This document shows, one piece after another, positions 56,772 through 64,000 of a DNA stretch of 64,000 nucleotides. The stretch lies in NCBI RefSeq assembly GCF_006345805.1, contig NC_043006.1, forward strand, positions 95,232,001 to 95,296,000, in the 5' to 3' direction. Numbering within the stretch: the first letter of the stretch is position 1; each line of letters begins with the position of its first letter. This DNA comes from Octopus sinensis. Its lineage: Eukaryota. The notes below the pieces were generated by a model. It did no database searches. It saw nothing but the letters and a program-made list of their open reading frames with translations, and had not been told where the DNA came from. The position numbers were made by a program, and so were the translations under genes.

Positions 56772-57751
56772 ATGGAAGTATCCAAGGAGCATTTAAGGCA
56801 CATATAATTCTTTATGAGTACAATAAATGAAACTCTGCAGCCGAAGTGACTCGAAACATGCACTCAATTTCTGGGAAAGATTGCTTGAATGAAAGAACTT
56901 CCAGAAGATGGTTTGCAAAATTGAAGATGAAGATCCAACAGTTGAGTTTGATGATAGGCTTCTTGAGGCATTACTTGAAGAAAATCCTGCAGTATCAGTT
57001 GAAGAATTGGTAATAAAGCTTAGTTCAAACCATAAAACTGTTCATCGTCATCTTCAACAACTTGGAAAGGCTCCTAAACTTAGAAAATGCGTGCCTCATG
57101 AATTGTCCAAAAGCAACCGCAAATCTCGCGTTGACATCTGCTCTTCCCGCGAACTCATTTCACCCTTTTTCGATAAACTTTTGACGAAAAATGGATCTTC
57201 TATCGAATATTAAACACCGTAAACAGTTGCTTGGTGAAAGAGAAAATGCTCAACCACAACCGAGAATGGAACTTCATGGGGAATAGGTTCTTCTCTCTAT
57301 CTGGTGCGATTGCAAAGGAGTAATTCACTTTATATTGTCACCACCTAATGCAACAATCAATGCTCAAGTCTACTGTCAGTACTTAGAGCGTTTGAACCAA
57401 ACTTTGAAGGAAAAAAGAACCGATTTAGTGAGTCGAAAACGACTGATGTTTCATCAGGACAATGCGCAACCCCACACTGCAAAGATCACATAACAGAAGA
57501 TCGAAGAGGTCGGTTGGGAAAAATTTCCTCATCCAGCTTATTCACCCGGCCTTGCTACTTCAGACTACCATTTGCTTCGTAGTTTACAGAATCATTTGGT
57601 CGACATAACTTTCGAAGCCAGGAGGAGGTCTAAACTGACATTTCAGAGTTTTTCGCTTTGAAACCAAAAGAGTTTTACATTGATGGGATTAAAATGCTAG
57701 TAAATAGATGGAAGTAAGAGAGATAATCAGGGAAAGTACGTTGATGATTAA
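56772..57751 (+). pseudogene. Mariner (Mos1-like, DD34D) transposase, multiply disrupted
   Basis: MEVSKEHLRH, TVHRHLQQLGK..CVPHEL (WVPHEL), HQDNAQPH and YSPGLATSDYHL (YSPDLAPSDY). 3' TIR-like ggacagaacttatgggatgacct at ~57802-57824. Confidence 0.92.
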
Positions 57752-58387
57752 CTTTCAATTAAACATAACATTTGATCACTTGTTATCTTTATTCAAAATT
57801 AGGACAGAACTTATGGGATGACCTGGGATATATATACACTGGCAAAAATAAATTTAAGACCGATGATAAACGTTCTATTTCTTACAAATTATTTTGTTAC
57901 TAACACCATACAAATTTATCTACCTCTTACACCTTATGCACAATTAATCTCTCTTTCGAATGATGCAGACAATACCTATTTTTATACAGCTTGAAGAATT
58001 CTTTATGGTCTTTTAAAGTTATACTTGGGTGCAATGGCACATATCTATATTTAAAATCAATAGTACCACCTATATAAATTTTCCTATGTCCCATAGGGCT
58101 TACTGATCTAACTTCGATATATATATATATATATTATATATATATATTATATATATATATTTCGTGTATTATATATATCTATATATATATATATATATAT
58201 ACAGACACGCATATATGTATATGTATATTATGCATGCATATATACCCCACACACACATATATATATATATAAACAATATCCACACACACACACACTTTTT
58301 TAAGTTATGTCTATAAATTGTTATAGATTTAGTCAGCTATAAAGTTACGTACCTTTTTCCTATATATATATATATATATATTATATA

Positions 58388-58730
58388 TGATCAATGAAAG
58401 AATGGAGTCGAACGAAGATGTTAACAAATTCCTTTACATCCGACATATGTTTCGAAGACCACATGCTTTCATTCCAAAGGAATAAAGGGTGCATTATGCA
58501 ATCTTCTCATCAGGAAAGAAAGGGAGTCGCCTCTCGACAACATACAAACATGCATGCATCATCGCAACGTTGTTTGTCTCGTTGTCGAGAGAGGCTCCCT
58601 TTCTTTCCTGATGAGAAGATTGCATAATGCACCCTTTATTCCTTTGAATGAAACATGTTGTCTTCGTAAAATAATCGAGAGTAAGGAATTTTGTTACTCT
58701 TCGTTCGACTCCATTCTTTCATTTATTCAT
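58388..58730. mobile_element. Fold-back pLTR element with a canonical-core hammerhead in the left arm (58431-58522, minus)
   Basis: ~160-bp inverted arms. Minus strand reads ctttctttc-CTGATGA-gaaga...tcttc-GAAA-catatg-TC-ggatgtaaagg. The right arm keeps CTGATGA at 58608 but its GAAA is decayed. Follows (TA)n. Confidence 0.8.
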
Positions 58731-58937
58731 ATACAACAGACAAATTTCTGCACATGAACCCGGATTTTCTCTATCCTTGGAAGGTCGCTTCAACCGTGTT
58801 TCTGACGTGAATTTTGCTACCCAGGTTTTCGGTTAAACGAATTTTCCATGCTGACAATAAACATAGGATAATTCATTCACCTATATATTATATATATCTA
58901 TATATATATATATACTATATATATATATATATATAAC

Positions 58938-61900
58938 AAATAGTAAAGTTGAAAAAACGACAGAAGGCTTAAATGTTAAAAAATATATATTTGTGTCAAA
59001 ATGTCTGGAGAATATTGGAAAAATTTTTTCCTTTCCTTAAAATGACATAATTTTAAAATTTTTAAAGAAATTACCGGTTTCGCGTGTAGCTTTTCAAATT
59101 TCTTGTGACGTTATGTTTATATTGCATGGAATTATCGTTGTGTTTTATTTCCAGGAGATTTCTAAATAGGGGAGTATTGAGTGATTTTTTCCGGTGTAGG
59201 GGAGATAATCGCTTAAAAAATTTTTTTCCATTTCCTTGTTAATTTCTCTGTGTCAGTATGTTCGATGGTTGAGTCTGGGTTTGTACTTTCACGAAGAATG
59301 TTTCCCTTGTTAGTCTCATTTGTGTTGATGATCCGAAGCACATTGGTAAAATGGGAAGATTAAAAATTGTGGCAGTAGTTGCTTTGCGCATTTCTCAATG
59401 TGCTCACTAAAAGGTATCATTCTATATTCTGGGAATGCAATCTGTTGTCGATGAGTGTGCATCTGCGCCTGAGTGATAGTCCCGTGGAACCCACGTAGTC
59501 TTGGTGGCAGCCCGAGCATTTAATAACATAAATTATGTTTTCAGAGGCACAAGTAAAGTTAGATTTGATCTTAAATTTCTGTCCCTCTTTAAAGAAGAAT
59601 TCTGATCCTTCCAATAGGTTAGGACATGTTGCACAGTTCGATCTACCACATTTTTTACTTTTGCATCCGTAATTTTAGAAGACAATTTTGCCTTTGTGAG
59701 AATCTTTTTAGTGATTTAGGCTGTTTGTAGCTTTTAATGATTTGGTGTATGTTTAGAATTTCCTTTAATTTTGGGTTTTTATGAAGTATTGGTAAATTCT
59801 GGGTGATGATGGTGAAGGCTTCTTTGTTTCTGGGTTGTATGTAGATATGTAAGGTAGTATTTTCGGGGAAGGTGTGTTGTTGTGTTGAACTTTTCTTAAA
59901 GTTTCTATGTTGATTTCTGTTGCACGTCTGATCCCATCCTCTATGAGTTGAGCTGGGTAATGTCTGTCAATTAGGGTGTTTTTGAGTTCTTGCAGTCTAA
60001 AGTTCCTGGTATTTTGTTCTGACACTATTGTGCATATCCTTCTTGCAAGGTTGAAGGGGAGTTTGTTTTAGTGTGTCTTGGGTGGCATGAATAAAAAGAA
60101 GGTATTGTTTGCGTCTGTGGCTTTGTAAAAATGTCTGTTTCTATTTTAAGGTTAATTTTTTTAATTAGTATATCCAAGAACGGGAGCTCCTTTTGGTTGT
60201 ATTCCATTGTGAACTGTATATTTGGGTTTATGCTGTTCAATAGGTTTTTAAATTTTAGGAGTTTATCTATGTTTTCATTCCAGAAGAATGAAACAATCGT
60301 CTAGGAATCGTTTCCAATTCTCTTTATGTATTGAGAGAGGGAGTTTCCAAAGATTGATAGAGATTCCTGGTAAATGATTATTCCATGTATCCCATTGTTA
60401 AGTTCGCAATGACTGGTGCTGCCCTTGTACCCATAGCAATTCCGGATTTTTGACGGTAAAATGTATTGTCAAACATGAAGTGGTTATGTGTAGGATGAAT
60501 TCATTGATTTAGTAATGAATTCTTTACTGATCCTTTTTGGTATTTCTCCGGAAATTGGTCTAACCAGAATTGTATTGCCTCCAGTCCATAATTATGAGGT
60601 ATACTGGTATACAAGTTACTACATCATGAACCAGGATTGTTTCTTCTTCTCTTCCTTGGTTTTTTTTGGAGGTGGTTTAACATATCTAAGTCATCTCTGA
60701 TATGGCTATCGATATGTTTAAGGAAGGGTTTCAAGAGGATGTCCATAAGTAGACTTAGTCTGTGTGTTTCACAGTTGGGCCGCTACAATGGGTCGTAGTT
60801 TTTGTCCCCCGGATTAGGTGTGGGTATGTATGTCTTTGGGTGATTTTTTAATGGTTTCATTTATATTTTGACTTTTATGAATTTTTGGCAGACCATAGAA
60901 AAGGCTAGGTTTGCATTTAAGTTTTGTAGGAAATCATCTCTTTGGTTGTCAGTTCCTTTTCATGGGTTTTAATTAGTGAAGATAGAGTTTTCATTATTTT
61001 TTGTGGGTGTAGTTGGTAATTTTTTCATAATGTAGGTCTTCATCAAGCAAGGAAATTACAAGATTTCTGTAGTATGATGTATCCATTATTACAACTGCAT
61101 TTCCCTTGTCCGCTTCCTTAATGTTATATCTCATCATTTTGGATTCTATCATTTCTTTCCATTGTGTATTGTTAAAATTTGTTAGCTTCTGTTTATGTAT
61201 ATATGGTAGGGGAGTTCTCAAATGTGGTTACAGAATTCGTTCAGATCTTTATTTCTTCCTCTGTGTGGGATGTGTTCACTTTTGTGCTTGACAAGTGATT
61301 CATCTTCGTTTGAACTGTTTGTGCTTCTAGTCTAATTTTCTGCAAATTCTGTTTATAATTTTGGTATGTTTATTATTTTTATTTTTTAATTTTATGTCAT
61401 TTTTTTTATATGTTAATTAATTTAATGATTTGATTTATATATTTTTTTTAATTTTTTGGGTTTTATATTTATTAAGTTTTATTATAAATTGTAATATAAT
61501 ATTTTTAGATTTAAATTATTAAAATTAATTATTTAGGATATTTTTATTTCATATTTTATAATTTCTTAATATTTTTTTATTCTTTAAATTATAAATTTAT
61601 TTTTTTTATTTTTATTCCATGTCAATTTTAATTATTATTATAATTTATCAAGAATTATTTTTTTCTTATTGTATTTTTTTTTTTAATAAATTTTATTCCG
61701 TTAAATTATTATTTATTTTTATATGTTTTGTTAGGTTTTTAATAATATTTTTATTCATGATTATTATTTTTTTTATAATTATTAATCTTTATTTATTTCT
61801 TATTTTTAATTATTTATTATTTTTATTTATAATTTCTTCTTATATATTTATTTTCTATATTTATTATTTTTTATTATTTTAATTTTTTAATATATTTATT

Positions 61901-64000
61901 TATTAATTTTAATTATTTTTATTTATGTTATTTATTATATAATTTGTTGGTATCATTTTTTATTTTTATTATTTAAAATTTTTATTTTTTATTTTATTTT
62001 TATTGTGGGTTAATTTATTTAATTTATTTTTATCTTATATTAAGGAAATTTTTTTGTAGTATATTATTATTATTTTTTTTCTATTTTTTAATTTATTTAT
62101 TTTTTGGACACATATTTTTTTTATTGTTTATTTTTTATTTTAAAGTTTTTTTTATTTTGTATTTTTGTTTATTATTATGTGTTTACAGAATTCGTCAAGA
62201 TCTTTATTTCTTGTTACTTCATTTTGTGATATTTTCAGTATTAATTTGATGCTTCTGCTATTTAATTTCTAATTCTGTTATATTATCCTTGAGTTCATTT
62301 AGGTTTGCTCTGCGTGGAGTTGGTGTAAATTTGAGCCCTTTTGCGAGGATGTCAATTTTATGTTAGAAAGAGGTTTGGTTGAAAGATTGATTATCTTCGG
62401 TTTTTCCTTATTACTAGGTTCCAGCCGTGTCCTGGTGTCCCTGGTCCCTGGCTAAAAAATGTTGGGTGTAATTTGTTTGTATGAGTTGTCTGTGAGGTTG
62501 TGTGGTATTTGGTCGGGGGAGTGGTGGTATTGTTGCCTCCGATCGTTTGTGTGTGTGGGAATCTATGGTTGTTAATGCTTGTGGTGTGTGTAAAATTTCT
62601 GTATGGGGAATATTTTTGTTTCGAACTTCTTGTATGTGCGATGTTGCTTGACATAGTGTTTCTTGCGTTTGTATTGTGTTTAGTGGGGACCAGTAGTTTT
62701 GGTTCATGGGGTAGTAGTGATTTGTGTGTGGTGTATTTTCTTATCCTAGTGTCGTATTGTGCTGTATGGTGGTTGGGTCTGGTATTATGATGTTGTTGGT
62801 TTGTTCTGTTTTTGGTGTAATTTCTTTCATAGACGCGTCCTCTTTCAGCTAGTTCCCTGTTAGGTCTAGCGTGGTTTGTAGAGGTTGGTTGTGGGTGATT
62901 TCTGTTTTTAGTGTATGGAGGATAGTTGGGGGTTGTTCGTGGTTGTTAGGTTTTTCTTTTTTTTTGTTTTGTAATTTTCTTAAGGAAGGGATTATTTGTA
63001 CCCATTCATTTTTGAAGGTTCACTATATTTTTGGAAGAAGTCCATGTTTTTCTCCCAGCGTAGGAGAGAATTTCTCTCTCTCTCTCTCACAGGAATCCTT
63101 CCAGTGATCCAATGTATTATCGAGGGTTGTCCCTCGGTATATTTTAGTATTTGATTGTGCATCTCCTCGTCTATGCTTTTAAGTTTTTCTTCATTTGTGG
63201 AGGCCCTGAGTCTTAGAAGCTCTATTTCTGATTTAAAATTGAACAGAGCTGACTTTTCTCTAATAGATCTCTGTCCGTCAGGCTCGTTAGGAATTAATTT
63301 TATCTGGAATTGCGTGGGAGGATAATTGGTGTTGAGTTTATCCATCCCTCGTAGATATCTGCTTTGTTGGAATTTTTTATCATGTTCCAGAAGGTGAGTT
63401 TTCTGTTGTGCAGGTTTGTATTCCAAACGTTTCCTATTTTTCTTTTTGTTGGGTTGGTTTGGGTGCGTATGGTATCCGCTGTGTTTTCATTAGGTGCCTG
63501 TGTATTATTTTCGGATTTGTTGATGAAAATTGAGTTCAGTGTTTATATAACAGTTGTAGATCCTTACTCACCTGGTCATGTAACGGGTTGCATCTTCATT
63601 GCTTTTACTTTCCCGGGCGAGTAAGTTTGATTCCTCGATTTTGTTGTTCAGGTTAAGAAGCTGTGAATAATATTTTTCAGTTCTTTGAGTATGTCCTCAT
63701 TTAAGGTTTTGTCCAGGTGTTTGACTTCTGTGGCATTTTCGTTCTCACGTGTTTAATATATAGATAAGAAAGTTTGTTTGGTAAAGCACGTGGGTGAATA
63801 TATAAGAAAATAGTAAAGTGTGAAAAAACGACAGAAGGCTTAAATGTTAAAAAATATATATATTTGTGTCAAAATGTCTGGAGAATATTGGAAAAATTTT
63901 TTTTCCTTTCCTTAAAATGACATAATTTTAAAATTTTTAAAGAAATTACCGGTTTCGCGTGTAGCTTTTCAAATTTCTTGTGACGTTATGTTTATATTGC
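58938..64000 (-). mobile_element. Full-length-like Neptune-type Penelope-like element with direct pLTRs (58938-59115 and 63808-64000, running off the window)
   Basis: The pLTR copies differ only by small indels. The 3' end abuts (TA)n. Each pLTR has an HHR-like motif (59065-59104, 63940-63979). Confidence 0.92.
59270..63430 (-). pseudogene. PLE RT and GIY-YIG polyprotein, heavily frameshifted
   Basis: ILAKGLKFTPTP (~62330), IKEADKGNAVVIMD, FYGLPKIHK, LRPIVAG, RQKSGIAMGTRAAPVIANL, WKRFLDDCF (~60300), NSINPNIQFTME..LPFLDI and CGRSNCATC..NFTCASENIIYVIKCSGCHQDYVGST. Confidence 0.9.

Overview
AT-rich, microsatellite-saturated eukaryotic intergenic or intronic DNA. The SINE families and repeat landscape suggest an octopus or other coleoid cephalopod (inference from recognition, no database search). 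I found no host protein-coding exon, and most track ORFs are translated (TA)n, (TAA)n, (CA)n, (GATA)n or (GAT)n repeats. Recognisable content: a near full-length decayed RTE-clade LINE (20.35-23.53 kb); several R4/Dong-like RLE-type LINE fragments in (TAA)n; a full-length-like Neptune-type Penelope-like element (PLE) with direct pLTRs (58.9-64 kb, minus); a 5'-truncated Naiad-type PLE with an Asn-rich linker (50.5-52.7 kb, minus); Tc1/mariner relics; many tRNA-derived SINEs; and a 1611-bp tandem duplication. The most notable unannotated signal is more than a dozen minimal type-I hammerhead ribozyme (HHR)-like motifs from several families. They sit on short pLTR-derived inserts next to (TA)n, and many of these are fold-back hairpins. 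In three families the 3' junction with (TA)n falls at a TATA motif internal to the pLTR. All ribozyme calls are by-eye structure fits and need computational and biochemical tests. Coordinates of decayed repeats are approximate.
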